The position numbers and the translations under genes were made by a program. The notes beneath the pieces were generated by a model. That model did no database searches. It saw only the letters and a list, made by a program, of their open reading frames with translations, and was not told where the DNA came from. Shown here in pieces: positions 28,882 to 39,367 of a DNA stretch of 64,000 nt; position 1 is the stretch's first letter, and every line of letters starts with the position of its first letter. The stretch comes from Candidatus Latescibacterota bacterium (lineage in GTDB: Bacteria; Latescibacterota; UBA2968). The DNA lies in assembly GCA_965242535.1 (NCBI GenBank), contig OZ251458.1, forward strand, positions 4,294,525 to 4,358,524, written 5' to 3'.

Positions 28882-29967
28882 ATGAACCGCAAAGTCCGAG
28901 TCGCCATCATCGGCGTGGGCAACTGCGCGTCCTCGCTCGTGCAGGGCATTGAGTATTACAAGAACGCCGCCGAGGATGCGTTCATCCCCGGCTTGATGCA
29001 CCCCAACTTGGGGGGGTATCACATCCGCGACATCGAATTTTCCGCCGCGTTTGACATCAATGCCGAAAAAGTGGGCCAAGACTTGAGCGAAGCCATCTTT
29101 GCCCATCCCAACAACACCGTCAAATTCGCCGACGTGCCCCATCTCGACGTGCCGGTTTCCCGCGGCATGACCCACGATGGCTTGGGCAAATACCTCGACC
29201 GCGTCATTCCCAAAGCCGGCGGCGACACGGTGGATGTCGCCGAAGTCCTCAAAGCCACGCGCACGGATGTCGTTGTCAACTACCTGCCCGTGGGCAGCGA
29301 ACAGGCCACCAAGTGGTATGTCGAGCAAGTTCTCCAAGCCGGATGCGCGTTTGTCAACTGCATGCCCGTGTTCATCGCCAGCGCGGGGCATTGGCCCGAG
29401 CGGTTTGAAAAACGCGGCCTGCCCATCATCGGCGACGACATCAAATCGCAGGTCGGCGCGACCATCACCCACCGCGTGCTCACCCGGTTGTTCCGCGAGC
29501 GCGGCGTCAAGCTCACCAAGACGTACCAGCTCAATTTTGGCGGCAACACGGATTTTTACAACATGCTCGAACGCGAACGCTTGGAGTCGAAAAAAATCTC
29601 CAAAACGCAAGCCGTCACGTCGCAACTCGACTACGACCTCGGCGAGGACAACATCCACGTTGGCCCCAGCGACCACATCCCGTGGTTGGAAGACCGCAAG
29701 TGGTGTCACATCCGCATGGAAGGCGAAACCTTTGGCGGCGTGCCCCTCAATTTGGAACTCAAACTCGAAGTCTGGGACTCGCCGAACTCGGCCGGTGTGG
29801 TCATCGACGCGGTCAGACTCTGCAAACTCGCCCTCAACCACGGCCTCAAAGGCCCGTTGATGGGCCCCTCGTCCTACTTGATGAAATCCCCACCCAAACA
29901 ATTCAGCGACGACCGCGCCCGCGAAATGACCGATGGCTTCATCCTGCAATACGGCATCAAAAAATAA
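28882..29967 (+). CDS. ino1: Inositol-3-phosphate synthase
   Basis: [52 protein letters not shown]. Confidence 0.96.
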   Translation: MNRKVRVAIIGVGNCASSLVQGIEYYKNAAEDAFIPGLMHPNLGGYHIRDIEFSAAFDINAEKVGQDLSEAIFAHPNNTVKFADVPHLDVPVSRGMTHDGLGKYLDRVIPKAGGDTVDVAEVLKATRTDVVVNYLPVGSEQATKWYVEQVLQAGCAFVNCMPVFIASAGHWPERFEKRGLPIIGDDIKSQVGATITHRVLTRLFRERGVKLTKTYQLNFGGNTDFYNMLERERLESKKISKTQAVTSQLDYDLGEDNIHVGPSDHIPWLEDRKWCHIRMEGETFGGVPLNLELKLEVWDSPNSAGVVIDAVRLCKLALNHGLKGPLMGPSSYLMKSPPKQFSDDRAREMTDGFILQYGIKK

Positions 29968-29990
29968 CCCCGCCCCATCGGACGCGGCAC

Positions 29991-30026
29991 AAAAAAGCCC
30001 CCAGTATTCGATGGGGGCTTTTGTTT
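29991..30026. terminator. Bidirectional intrinsic terminator
   Basis: AAAAGCCCCCA-N8-TGGGGGCTTTT. Confidence 0.75.
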
Positions 30027-30056
30027 TGGTCGGGGACAGATGCCTGTAAAATGACG

Positions 30057-30135
30057 GGTCGAGCGTGCGGGCTATCGCATTGAGAATCGGCAATTCGCGG
30101 TCGCGCTGTTCGATTTGGTCGGTTTGCGTTCGCAT
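30057..30135 (-). pseudogene. N-terminal relic of a probable GAF sensor protein
   Basis: MRTQTDQIEQRDRELPILNAIARTL resembles the REL.ILN.IA..L entry into GAF domains; start is duplicated at about 30337-30360. Confidence 0.4.
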
Positions 30136-30142
30136 GGTATCT

Positions 30143-30314
30143 GTACCAACTCATTCATTATCGGGATCGCTTTGCAGTTCCACCGTCCTTCAAAGAAGCC
30201 ATCGCCAAACAGGCCATCGCAAAAGTCCATCAACGAAAGCCATCACGCACAGCGCGCAAGTCCGTCTCGTAACCAACATCCTTGTTGCAACACGCTTTAG
30301 AAAAGCGAGCAACG
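30143..30314 (-). repeat. Large structured element, copy 4 (internally deleted)
   Basis: First about 145 bp joined to the ACGCTTTAGAAAAGCGAGC end module. Confidence 0.85.
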
Positions 30315-30369
30315 GCGAGGCGAGCGCGTTCGAGTCGGTCGGTTTGCGTTCGCGTGGACATCTCCGATC

Positions 30370-31284
30370 TTAACACTTCCGAATCGGATTTTCTTCTCCC
30401 GCGACCCGATGCCGGTACAAATCCTTGACCCCATCCGGAAAGTTTTCAAACACATCCCGCGGCACGAGGGAGCGATTCCGCCCGCCAAATTCGAGGCTGA
30501 TCCACCACGGCGAATACCGCGTCAGCACCGTCACGCGAGGCGCCTCACTCGGATTGTTCGCCGTCGAATGCCAGATTCGGCTGTCCAAAATCAACACGCT
30601 ACCGGCCGGCCCCTGCAACTGGATCTCCCCGGGAATGGCCGCGCTGGGATCGATGCCGTCGTGCATGTGGGGCGGATTGCGCGGATCGAGATGGCTGCGC
30701 GGATTGCGGATGTCCAAATGACTGCGCGGCACAACCCAGGTGCCCCCGTTTTCAGCCGAAAATTCCGACAACATCCACAACGCGGTGAGGCCCATGGTCA
30801 CATTGGGAAATGGCATGCGAATCGCGCCTGCGCGATCCCGATCCAGAATATCGTGCGGCCAATCCGAGTGAAAGCCCCTGCGGTGAATATTTTTCTCCCC
30901 CGGCGGTCGCGTCTTAAATTCGGTTTGTGCAATCCGCACGTGCGGATCCAACATCGCCTTTGCGATGCCCAACACGCGCTCGTCGCCAAAATACGGCGCG
31001 AGATCGGGCACATACGCCACCGCGTTGGTGCTCGGCTTTCCGTTTGCGTCGGCTTGAAACGCGAGTGACCCACCCCGCGCCTCGTAATCTCGCAGGGCCT
31101 TCGCGTGCCCTTGCATCACATGGCCGCGGAGATACGCGATTCGATCTTCGGGAATCACGCCCTCGATGAGACACCACCCCTCGGCTTTGATCTGCGCGAC
31201 GCCGGTTTCAATGGTGGTTTTGGATGCCAAAATATCTTCCTTTGTTTTTTTTGGCGATTCCCAATCATCGATCTCTAAATTCAT
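30370..31284 (-). CDS. Phytanoyl-CoA dioxygenase (PhyH) family protein
   Basis: HSD, ENGGTWVVPRSH, AGSVLILDSRIWH, R motifs. Confidence 0.9.
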   Translation of the reverse strand: MNLEIDDWESPKKTKEDILASKTTIETGVAQIKAEGWCLIEGVIPEDRIAYLRGHVMQGHAKALRDYEARGGSLAFQADANGKPSTNAVAYVPDLAPYFGDERVLGIAKAMLDPHVRIAQTEFKTRPPGEKNIHRRGFHSDWPHDILDRDRAGAIRMPFPNVTMGLTALWMLSEFSAENGGTWVVPRSHLDIRNPRSHLDPRNPPHMHDGIDPSAAIPGEIQLQGPAGSVLILDSRIWHSTANNPSEAPRVTVLTRYSPWWISLEFGGRNRSLVPRDVFENFPDGVKDLYRHRVAGEENPIRKC

Positions 31285-32552
31285 GGCGCAAATTGAGCCA
31301 GTTTCTCAAAATCCCGCCCCGTTGGCGCTTGAAAGACGCGGAGATCGAACTCGGGCGCCACCGCGAGGAGGTGATCGAAAATATCCGCCTGAACAGCCTC
31401 GTAACGCGCCCAAGCCGTGTCGTTGCAAAAGACGTAAATTTCAATCGGCAAGCCGTTTTCCCCAGGTGCCAGTTGCCGCACTAAAAACGTCATGTCCCGA
31501 TCGATCTTCGGGTGATTTTTCAAATACGCGACGACATAAGCCCGAAACGTGCCGATATTGGTCAGGTGCCGGCCGTTCGCCAGGCTCGATTCATCCACCC
31601 CTCGTTCCTCGTTGAACCGCGCCAGTTCTCGCTGTTTTTTTTTCAGATACGCCGCGATGTATTCAATTTTTGAAAACCGCGCGAGCATCTCCGCGTCGCA
31701 AAACGCAATCGTCTGAATATCTATTGAAATCGCGCGCTTGATCCGCCGCCCGCCCGCCTCTTGCATGCCCCGCCAGTTTTTGAACGAATCGCCGATGAGG
31801 GAATACGCTGGAATCGCGGTAATCGTCTTGTCCCAATTTTGCACCTTCACCGTGGTCAACGCCACCTCGACGACCTCTCCATCCGCGTCGTACTTCGGCA
31901 TCTCGATCCAATCGCCCACCGCCACCATTTTATTTGCGCTGAGTTGTATGCCCGCCGCGAATCCCAAGAGCGCGTCCTTAAATACCAACAAAAGCACGGC
32001 GGTCAACGCGCCCAACGCGCTCAAAAAATACATGGGGTTGCGGTCTAACAAAATCGAGAGGATCAAAACCCCGCCGACAAAAATATTCAGAATTTTCAAG
32101 ACCTGTGCAAAACCATTGCCGGGGCGTTCGCGCGAGACCTCAAAGGTCTGATAGACGGACAGCGCGGCGTCGAGCGAGGCGCCAACGACCCGAATGCCGG
32201 TGATCGCGACAAAAATCAGCAGGGCATCGCGCGCGATCGCCGCGCAATAATCCCGGTTTTCCGCCGTCATTTCCGCGAGGGGCAAATCGATCAAAGCGTA
32301 AATGGCGAATGCGGGCACGAGGGGCATCAACCGATTGAGCACCCGAATCGCGCCGACCGCGATTTCCAAGGACGCTTGCGTTTTTGCTATCGCGTATTTC
32401 AGCGCCCGCAAGGCCACGCGCTTCACGGCAAAATGGGCGATCGCGCTCATCGCCAAAATACACAGCCCGACCAACGCAGGGGCGATCCCGTATTGAACCA
32501 CCCCCTGTCCGATGCCCAAACCGATTAGCCAGTCGTAGATGTGTTCTCGCAT
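31281..32552 (-). CDS. Mechanosensitive channel, MscS family (YbdG-like)
   Basis: GDWIEMPKYDADG, TTVKVQNWDKT, NWRGMQEAGGRRIKR, TNIGTFRAY. Confidence 0.93.
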   Translation of the reverse strand: MREHIYDWLIGLGIGQGVVQYGIAPALVGLCILAMSAIAHFAVKRVALRALKYAIAKTQASLEIAVGAIRVLNRLMPLVPAFAIYALIDLPLAEMTAENRDYCAAIARDALLIFVAITGIRVVGASLDAALSVYQTFEVSRERPGNGFAQVLKILNIFVGGVLILSILLDRNPMYFLSALGALTAVLLLVFKDALLGFAAGIQLSANKMVAVGDWIEMPKYDADGEVVEVALTTVKVQNWDKTITAIPAYSLIGDSFKNWRGMQEAGGRRIKRAISIDIQTIAFCDAEMLARFSKIEYIAAYLKKKQRELARFNEERGVDESSLANGRHLTNIGTFRAYVVAYLKNHPKIDRDMTFLVRQLAPGENGLPIEIYVFCNDTAWARYEAVQADIFDHLLAVAPEFDLRVFQAPTGRDFEKLAQFAP

Positions 32553-32569
32553 CGCGTCTGTCTCGCCGA

Positions 32570-34642
32570 TTACAAAAGCCCGTTGTGGCGCAGCAACGCC
32601 TCGGTGCTCGGTTCGCGCCCGCGAAATTCTCGGTACACGTCCATGGGGTGTTTGCTGCCGCCCAATGCGAGAATCGTATCTCGAAACCTGCGCCCGGTCG
32701 CTTTCACCGCCGCTTCGTCGCCTAGCCCGGCCTCTTCAAACGCGCCAAACGCATCCGCGCTCAACACCTCGGACCACTTGTAGCTGTAATACCCGGCCGC
32801 GTATCCGCCGGCAAAAATATGGGAGAACGAGCACAAAAAGCGGCTTTCGGGCAGCGGGGGCAGTACGGCCATTTCTTCGATGACGCGGCGTTCCACATCA
32901 AACGCGGTTTCTGTGCCTTCGGGGTCGTAAGTCGAATGCAACAGCATGTCGATCTTGCCAAAGGACAACTGCCGCATCATCAGGGACCCGGCTTGGAACG
33001 TGCGCGCGGCCGCGATTTTTTCAAACAGCGCGTCCGGCAAGGGGGCGCCCGTCTCCACATGCGCGGTCATCCCGATCAGCGTGGGTTTGTGATAACACCA
33101 GTTTTCCATGAACTGGCTGGCGATCTCCACGGCGTCCCATTCCACGCCGCTCAACCCGGCCACGTCTGCGTAATCGACGGTGGTCAACATGCCCTGCAAG
33201 CCGTGTCCAAACTCGTGGAACAGGGTCTCCACCTCTGAAAAACTCATCAGCGACGGCGTATCGCCCACAGGCGGCGTCCCGTTGCACACGAGATGCACCA
33301 CGGGCAAGCGCAACGCGCCCTCGACCCATAGCCGCCCCAAACAATCGTCCATCCACGCGCCCCCGCGCTTTTCCGCCGGGCGCGAGTAGGGATCCAAATA
33401 AAACGACGCCACGCGCTCGCCATCGCGCAACACATTGAAAAACTGCACGTCTTCGTGCCACTCGTGCGCGGCTTCGCCCTCTGCCCGCGCGATCTCGATG
33501 TCGAACAGCCGCTCGGAGAGGGCGAACATGCCGTCGAGCACTTTGGGCAGGGGAAAATAGGGGCGCAACTGATCGTCGGTATAGTCGAATTTTTGCTCGC
33601 GCAACCGCTCGGACCAAAACGACACATCCCAGTGCATCACCGGCTCTGTTTGCCCATTCGCCGTCGCCAATCCCTGCAACGCCTCAAAATCGCGCTCGCT
33701 ACGGGCTTGTGCCGCGGCTTGCAACTCGTCGATCATGCGCGATACCGCCGCGACATCGGGCGCCATCTTGGCGTCTAAGCTCCAGTCCGCGTACGTATCA
33801 AATCCCAAGAGCGCGGCCTGTTCGAGTCGCAAGTTTAAGGTGCGGGCGATCAACGCGCTGTTGTCCCACTCGCCCGAAGACGCGCGTTGGGCATACGCTT
33901 TGTACACCTGCTCGCGGTGGTCGCGCACCCGATGGTGTTGCATGAAGGGGAAAAAACTCGGAAAATCCAGCGTGATGCGCCACGGGCCGTCTTCCGCGGT
34001 CGCGTCGCTGCCCGCATTGGCTTGGCGATGGGATTGTGCGGCCACTTGCCGCAAGCTGTTCGGCCAGCCCTCGGCGTCATTTTTGTCGTCGATGATCAAC
34101 TCGTAAGCCTTGGTCGCATCCAGTACGTGGTTGGAAAAATCCGTGCCGATCTGCGACAGGGTTTTGGCGATCTCGTTGAAGCGTTCTTTTGCCCGCCCGG
34201 TCAAAGCCACGCCCGCGCGTTCGGCCGCGCGAATTTTCAGCGCGACACACCGCTGTTGCGCCCCGTCGAGTTTTGCCCATTCCCCGCCCGCTCGAAGCGC
34301 GACCAGGCCTTCGTAGATGGGACGGCTTTGCTGCACGCGCAAACCATAAGCCACCACGTCTTGCAAGACGTCCTCGTGTGCGCGGCGCAATTCATCCGAA
34401 TTTTTCACCCCCATCAAATGCCCGACCGGCTCCCACGCATAAGAAAAGGGCAGGTGGATCTCCTCGAGCGGCGCGAGCAAGCCCTCCCAAGTGGGAGTCA
34501 AAGTTTGCTCCAAGGCCGCGATTCGTTTCTCGGCCTCTGACAACACATGTTTGACCCCCGGCACGACGTGCTCGGGCAAAATTTCACCGTAGCGCGGCAA
34601 GCCCTCTGTCGCCAGCAGGGGATTGGTTTTTGAATTGCTCAT
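32570..34642 (-). CDS. prlC: Oligopeptidase A (M3 family)
   Basis: KRGGAWM, HEFGH, VEWDAVE..SQFMENW, HIFAGGYAAGYYSYKW. Confidence 0.94.
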   Translation of the reverse strand: MSNSKTNPLLATEGLPRYGEILPEHVVPGVKHVLSEAEKRIAALEQTLTPTWEGLLAPLEEIHLPFSYAWEPVGHLMGVKNSDELRRAHEDVLQDVVAYGLRVQQSRPIYEGLVALRAGGEWAKLDGAQQRCVALKIRAAERAGVALTGRAKERFNEIAKTLSQIGTDFSNHVLDATKAYELIIDDKNDAEGWPNSLRQVAAQSHRQANAGSDATAEDGPWRITLDFPSFFPFMQHHRVRDHREQVYKAYAQRASSGEWDNSALIARTLNLRLEQAALLGFDTYADWSLDAKMAPDVAAVSRMIDELQAAAQARSERDFEALQGLATANGQTEPVMHWDVSFWSERLREQKFDYTDDQLRPYFPLPKVLDGMFALSERLFDIEIARAEGEAAHEWHEDVQFFNVLRDGERVASFYLDPYSRPAEKRGGAWMDDCLGRLWVEGALRLPVVHLVCNGTPPVGDTPSLMSFSEVETLFHEFGHGLQGMLTTVDYADVAGLSGVEWDAVEIASQFMENWCYHKPTLIGMTAHVETGAPLPDALFEKIAAARTFQAGSLMMRQLSFGKIDMLLHSTYDPEGTETAFDVERRVIEEMAVLPPLPESRFLCSFSHIFAGGYAAGYYSYKWSEVLSADAFGAFEEAGLGDEAAVKATGRRFRDTILALGGSKHPMDVYREFRGREPSTEALLRHNGLL

Positions 34643-34667
34643 TGAAACACCTCCAGAAAAATAATCC

Positions 34668-35306
34668 TCAACAGAATCTCTCAACCTCATCCACGACCTC
34701 GCGCACCGAGTTCAGAACTTTGTACGCGGACGAAAAATCGCCGCGTTGCGACAACGCATTGGGAACGGCGAGCACGCGCAACCCGGCCCGCGATGCGGCC
34801 ACGCATCCGCGTTCGGAATCCTCCACGACAACGCACGACTCGGGGCTCAAGCCGTGTAAGCGCATCGCGGTTAAATACGCATCCGGATGGGGCTTTGCCT
34901 CTTGGTAATCTTCCCGCGCGATAACGAACTCGAAAAAGGGGAGCAACGGCGTTTGCGCGTGGACGATATCGAAGTGATCCCTTTGAGACCCGGTCACGAT
35001 GCCCATCCGCACGCGGCCCTCTAACGCGCGCAGCGTTTCCACCACGCCCGGCAAAACCCGCACGCCTGCTTGCAGCAACGCGCTGTATCGCGCATTGCGT
35101 TTGACGCGCAATCGCTCGATCGATTCGGCATTTTGATCGGGCAGGAAATCGAAGACACTTTGCCCCTTTTTGAGCGACTGGTCGGCAAAATCCCTTTGCG
35201 TCAACGCGACGCCCTGCGACGCCAAAATTTCCCGTCCCGCCTGAAAAAACAGCCCCTCGGTATCCACGAGCACCCCATCGTTGTCCCACAAAATGGCGCG
35301 GATCAC
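34668..35306 (-). CDS. HAD family phosphatase
   Basis: WDNDGVLVDTE, KPHPD, VEDS..G. Confidence 0.92.
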   Translation of the reverse strand: MIRAILWDNDGVLVDTEGLFFQAGREILASQGVALTQRDFADQSLKKGQSVFDFLPDQNAESIERLRVKRNARYSALLQAGVRVLPGVVETLRALEGRVRMGIVTGSQRDHFDIVHAQTPLLPFFEFVIAREDYQEAKPHPDAYLTAMRLHGLSPESCVVVEDSERGCVAASRAGLRVLAVPNALSQRGDFSSAYKVLNSVREVVDEVERFC

Positions 35307-35719
35307 GACGCCTCCTCTCCGTTCAAAAAATCTTCAAGTGAAACCGCGGTATCGGGAAAAGTCATCGAGATTTTTCGATCTGCGGTAACGAGAGGCACGC
35401 CCAATTCTCGGGCCAAAACGACAAACTCGCAGTCGTACGCCGAGCATCTCGACTCGGTCGCCAGTTCCATCACCTGCACAGAAGAAATGGTATCTTCTCT
35501 GTCCAGCATGATTTCTTCCGCATTTTCGAGAAGGCTAATCGCGTGATCCAGATCGAAAATTTTTTGTCGAATGTACAACGACAAAAGATTCCGAAATTCA
35601 CTGCGCCAAAGCACGGGGGCTACCCATTCGGGGTCTCGCCTCTTCACGTCTTCTGCCCGTCGCGTCTGTTCGCCGTTGATCAGAAGATAGGCGATTACGT
35701 TTGTATCGACGACGATCAT
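35303..35719 (-). CDS. VapC/PIN toxin
   Basis: IVVDTNV, SEFRN, SAYDCEFV, LVTADRK. Confidence 0.9.
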   Translation of the reverse strand: MIVVDTNVIAYLLINGEQTRRAEDVKRRDPEWVAPVLWRSEFRNLLSLYIRQKIFDLDHAISLLENAEEIMLDREDTISSVQVMELATESRCSAYDCEFVVLARELGVPLVTADRKISMTFPDTAVSLEDFLNGEEAS

Positions 35720-35958
35720 GGCCGACCTTCTTCTTTGGCTTTTCGCAAAAACTCATCTGTCAAAGGCGGCGCGTCGGAAACGCGATTTCTCAATTCCTCG
35801 ATTCTGGCGAGCATTTTTTCCACGCGCTGGGGGTTCAAGACTTCATCGAGGCAACGGATCACCTCGCAGTTTATGCTGTTGCGGTGCGCGGCGGCGCGCG
35901 CCTCCAGTTTTTTGTAGAGTTTGGGCGGGATATGTTTTATCGTGATATCGACAGCCAT
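35716..35958 (-). CDS. FitA/Arc-like ribbon-helix-helix antitoxin
   Basis: ITIKHIP..LYKKL..RAAAHRNSINCE; ..AKEEGRP; overlaps vapC. Confidence 0.85.
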   Translation of the reverse strand: MAVDITIKHIPPKLYKKLEARAAAHRNSINCEVIRCLDEVLNPQRVEKMLARIEELRNRVSDAPPLTDEFLRKAKEEGRP

Positions 35959-36011
35959 AATGACCTCCGTGAGTAAGGGTGACGGGACGCTTTTCAAAAT
36001 TTACGGGATCT

Positions 36012-37592
36012 ATGGACGCACGTCAACACATCCGCGCATTTTTCGCGCAAACGACCGAAGGCTTGGTCGCGCAAAACGACCGCGGCCGCATTTTGCTCTC
36101 GCCCGTGCAGGGCTTCGATGGCGACTACCTCGCGGAAGCCACCGAATGCAACTGCCTCATCCGCCCGCGCAATGGCGAAAACTTCTCGGTTTTCATCGAC
36201 GGCCGACCCGCCGAGGCGATGGGCTTTCTCCGCGATGGGCACGCGCTTTGGGGACGGCTCGCAACCGGGGAGCATCCGGGGCACATCCGCTTTTGCATTC
36301 GCGCAGGCGGCGAGGACATCCTCTATGCCGAACTCGAAGTGCGCCCGTCGCGCTTGGACTACGAAACCGATTATCACGTCATGCGCGATGATCTCCAGCG
36401 CGTCAGCCGCGAACTCCTGTACCTATTGCCCGATCACGCGCAGATCGCGACGCGCTTGACAGACGCCCAAGGCGGCGCGTTGGACTTTCACCAAGTGCTC
36501 GATCGGCTCCTCGACCAACTCGTCCGCACCTTGCACGCGATCGCCAAACGCCCGGATCGCCACCTCAAAACCGCGCAACGCATCCGTCCGGTCGACCGCG
36601 CATCGGGCCGCGATCCCCATGCCATCGCCCATTTGATCCGCTCGCCGCAATTTTGGACCTCCGACACAAAGAGCCGCCCGTACCTGCATTTGGCAGATGG
36701 GATGGGCTATACGCACGTGCGCGAAACCCATCGGCATCCGGACATCGACACCCCGCGCAATCGCCATCTCGTCGCCCGCCTCGAGCGCGTGGCGCGGCGC
36801 GGTCAAACGACGGCCCTCGGCCATCGCCTGAAAACGAATGTCAATCGCTTTTCGCGCTTGCTCCCGGTATCCCCCGCGCGGCGCAACGATCCCATGCCCG
36901 TCCATCTCGATGCGCGTTACCAAACGGCTTTCGCGCTGATCCGCGCCCTCAACCGCGCCCTCGCCCCATGCGTGGGGGGGCCGTTTGACCTGTCCTATCG
37001 GGATACGCATGTGCTCTACGAATACTGGATTTACTTTGCCCTCGTCCAAGCCCTGCGCGACCTCGGATTTGCCCCGACCTCCGACAGCAATCTCTTTCAC
37101 CTCACCGAGCGCGGGCTGCGCGTGTCCCCAACCCAGGGCGAACCCTCTGCGATCCATCTCCGGCGCGATGCGCGTCAAATCCGCTGCCTGTACAACCCGA
37201 CCTATTCCACCGCGTCCGGACGCGCCCTCACGCACGATTTGAGGCCCGATATCGTCCTTGAAGTTCACGCGCCCGGCCACAGGCGCGCCATTCACGCTTT
37301 CGACGCCAAATACCGCCGCGAGGATCGCGATGGGGTGTGGATTCCCATGCGCGAAGACATCGACAAAATGCACGCGTACCGAGACGCCATCGGTCAGGTG
37401 ACGCCCACGGCTTTTCAGCGCGTCCTCAAAAGTGCCATCGTCCTGTTTCCCGCGCAGGCCGATCCCGCGTATCACGCGCACGCTTTTTACACCAGCTTGC
37501 CCCACGGCATCGGCGGTCTGCCGCTCCTTCCCGGCGATGCAAAGACCGCATCCGCTTTGCGGGAATACATCGCAGAATGCGTTTTGATGTGA
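36012..37592 (+). CDS. DUF2357 + PD-(D/E)XK nuclease (McrC-like partner)
   Basis: DTPRNR, LYEYW, RPDIVL..FDAKYR, EDIDKMHAYRDAI, IGGLPLLPG. Confidence 0.8.
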   Translation: MDARQHIRAFFAQTTEGLVAQNDRGRILLSPVQGFDGDYLAEATECNCLIRPRNGENFSVFIDGRPAEAMGFLRDGHALWGRLATGEHPGHIRFCIRAGGEDILYAELEVRPSRLDYETDYHVMRDDLQRVSRELLYLLPDHAQIATRLTDAQGGALDFHQVLDRLLDQLVRTLHAIAKRPDRHLKTAQRIRPVDRASGRDPHAIAHLIRSPQFWTSDTKSRPYLHLADGMGYTHVRETHRHPDIDTPRNRHLVARLERVARRGQTTALGHRLKTNVNRFSRLLPVSPARRNDPMPVHLDARYQTAFALIRALNRALAPCVGGPFDLSYRDTHVLYEYWIYFALVQALRDLGFAPTSDSNLFHLTERGLRVSPTQGEPSAIHLRRDARQIRCLYNPTYSTASGRALTHDLRPDIVLEVHAPGHRRAIHAFDAKYRREDRDGVWIPMREDIDKMHAYRDAIGQVTPTAFQRVLKSAIVLFPAQADPAYHAHAFYTSLPHGIGGLPLLPGDAKTASALREYIAECVLM

Positions 37593-37674
37593 ATTTGTTC
37601 TCCGTCCATTTGTGTATTTTCTTTTAACTCGCTATATTTGTCTCGACCCAACAACTCCAACAAAGGATACGTTC

Positions 37675-37917
37675 ATGCGCTTTTTCAACACCACCGGCCC
37701 GGTGGTAGCAACCGACCACTACTGCATCCCGCCCTTGGAGCGATTGAATATCGCCGAGGGCTTGGAACAGACCGCCGAGTACATGGATCGCTGCGATGCC
37801 GAGGCGGGGCATCTGGTGATCTTCGACCGCCGCGCAGACAGGCTTTGGTCGGACAAGGTGTTTCGAGATCGCCGAACGTCTGATAGTGGCGTGGCGATCG
37901 ACATCTGGGGTATGTGA
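37675..37917 (+). pseudogene. Internally deleted AAA-ATPase-like gene (N- and C-termini only)
   Basis: MRFFNTTGPV...HYCIPPLERL fused to EGLEQTAEYMDRC..GHLVIFDR..IWGM, the two ends of a family I recall as about 500 aa. Confidence 0.7.
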
Positions 37918-38020
37918 CTGTATTTGGTTTGCACGCCCCTTCCTTTCCCACATCCAACACTGCCCCACCGATAGCCCAGAGTTCCCCCCGTTCCCATTCC
38001 CCAACCCCCGATTCTATCCC

Positions 38021-38284
38021 ATGACCGATTCCCAACTCCTTCAAGAATTCGAAGCCCTCGCCCATCGCTTGGACATTCCCATCTCCCGCGAAGACCTCAT
38101 GGGCGGCACGGGTGGGTTGTGCATCGTGCGCGGCGAACAGCGCATCATTCTCGATTACCGCCTCGATGTGCCCACGCAGGTCGAAATTCTCGCCCGCGCG
38201 TTTTCTCAACTGCCCCTCGACGAGATCTTCCTCAAGCCCTCCCTCCGAGAACGCATCGACCTCTACGGCGAAGCACGGGTTTAG
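38021..38284 (+). CDS. Conserved hypothetical protein
   Basis: LA.RL.I....E...GGLC.VRG....I.D...P.LRE pattern; host-like codon usage. Confidence 0.7.
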   Translation: MTDSQLLQEFEALAHRLDIPISREDLMGGTGGLCIVRGEQRIILDYRLDVPTQVEILARAFSQLPLDEIFLKPSLRERIDLYGEARV

Positions 38285-38288
38285 CAAT

Positions 38289-39257
38289 TTATCCAACAGA
38301 AGATGAAATCAGATACTCCGCCCATCCCTTGGGCGAGACCGCGAGGGTGCGATTGGCAGAAATAAAAAAGGTGTCGCCTGGTCGCGCTGCGAAGGTGTCG
38401 TTTAATCTGGCCGCACCATTGATGAGGGTGAGTGTTGTAAAGGTGGGATAGGTGTGTTGCGCTGGGCGTGTAGGGGCAAAGCGTTGGAGGTAAAAGTGTT
38501 CGGATTCCACGAGTGTGGCGCGTTCATCGGTCGCGTCGGGCAGGCGGCTCCAGTGCTGGGGTTCGGGTGCGGTCGCGTCAAAGGCGATGACGTCGAGGGC
38601 GCGGTCGATGTGCAACTCGCGCGGCTTGCCATCGCTACCGAGGCGGTTGTAATCCCATATCCGAAAGGTGAGATCGCTGGCTTGTTGCACTTCGTAGATC
38701 ATGACGTTCTGGCACAAGGCATGCACCGTGCCGGGGGGGACAAAGACCACATCGCCTTCGCGCACGTCGAAAAATCGCACGGAGTCCTGCACGCGGTTTT
38801 CGCGGATGGACAATTCAAAACCGCGCTTGTCAACGCCGTCTTTGAGGCCGCAAGCCACGCGGCCGCGCTGTGATTTGAGTATGTACCACGCTTCCATTTT
38901 ACCATACGCGCCCAAATTTTCTGCGCGCACATAAGCGTCATCCGGATGCACCTGAATGGACAGATCGTCTCTGGCGTCGATCAGTTTGACGAGCATGGGA
39001 AACGCCGCGCCGTAGCGTTGGACAACGCTTGGGCCGAGGAGTTCTGCGCCGTAAGTCGCGACGAGATCCGCGAGGGTCTGGCCTGCGAGGGGGCCGCCTA
39101 CAATGACGCTCGGCCTGTCTTCAAACGCCGAAACCTCCCACGATTCGCCGATGGGCGCATCTGGAGGCAGGGCTTTATTGTAGTGCGTACCGAGACCGCG
39201 TCCACCCCAAACGGTTTCGCAAAGGTGGGGTTTAAGTGGGAGAATATCCGGAATCAT
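38289..39257 (-). CDS. manA: Mannose-6-phosphate isomerase, class I
   Basis: VWGG, IGESWE, LVKLIDARDDLSIQVHPDD, GKMEAWY, GTVHA, R.LH. Confidence 0.9.
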   Translation of the reverse strand: MIPDILPLKPHLCETVWGGRGLGTHYNKALPPDAPIGESWEVSAFEDRPSVIVGGPLAGQTLADLVATYGAELLGPSVVQRYGAAFPMLVKLIDARDDLSIQVHPDDAYVRAENLGAYGKMEAWYILKSQRGRVACGLKDGVDKRGFELSIRENRVQDSVRFFDVREGDVVFVPPGTVHALCQNVMIYEVQQASDLTFRIWDYNRLGSDGKPRELHIDRALDVIAFDATAPEPQHWSRLPDATDERATLVESEHFYLQRFAPTRPAQHTYPTFTTLTLINGAARLNDTFAARPGDTFFISANRTLAVSPKGWAEYLISSSVG

Positions 39258-39367
39258 AAGCAAGTCCTGAATTGGGGATCAAGGACAGGCACGGGAATGG
39301 ACAAGGCGGGATATCCCTGCGCCAAACTCTGCACCAGCGGATCGTCCAAATGGTGATAATTCAACGC

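Noticed and set aside
39272-39365. Possible gene relic on the minus strand (NYHHLDDPLVQSLAQG) next to a half REP
   Set aside because: Too short to assign a family by eye.
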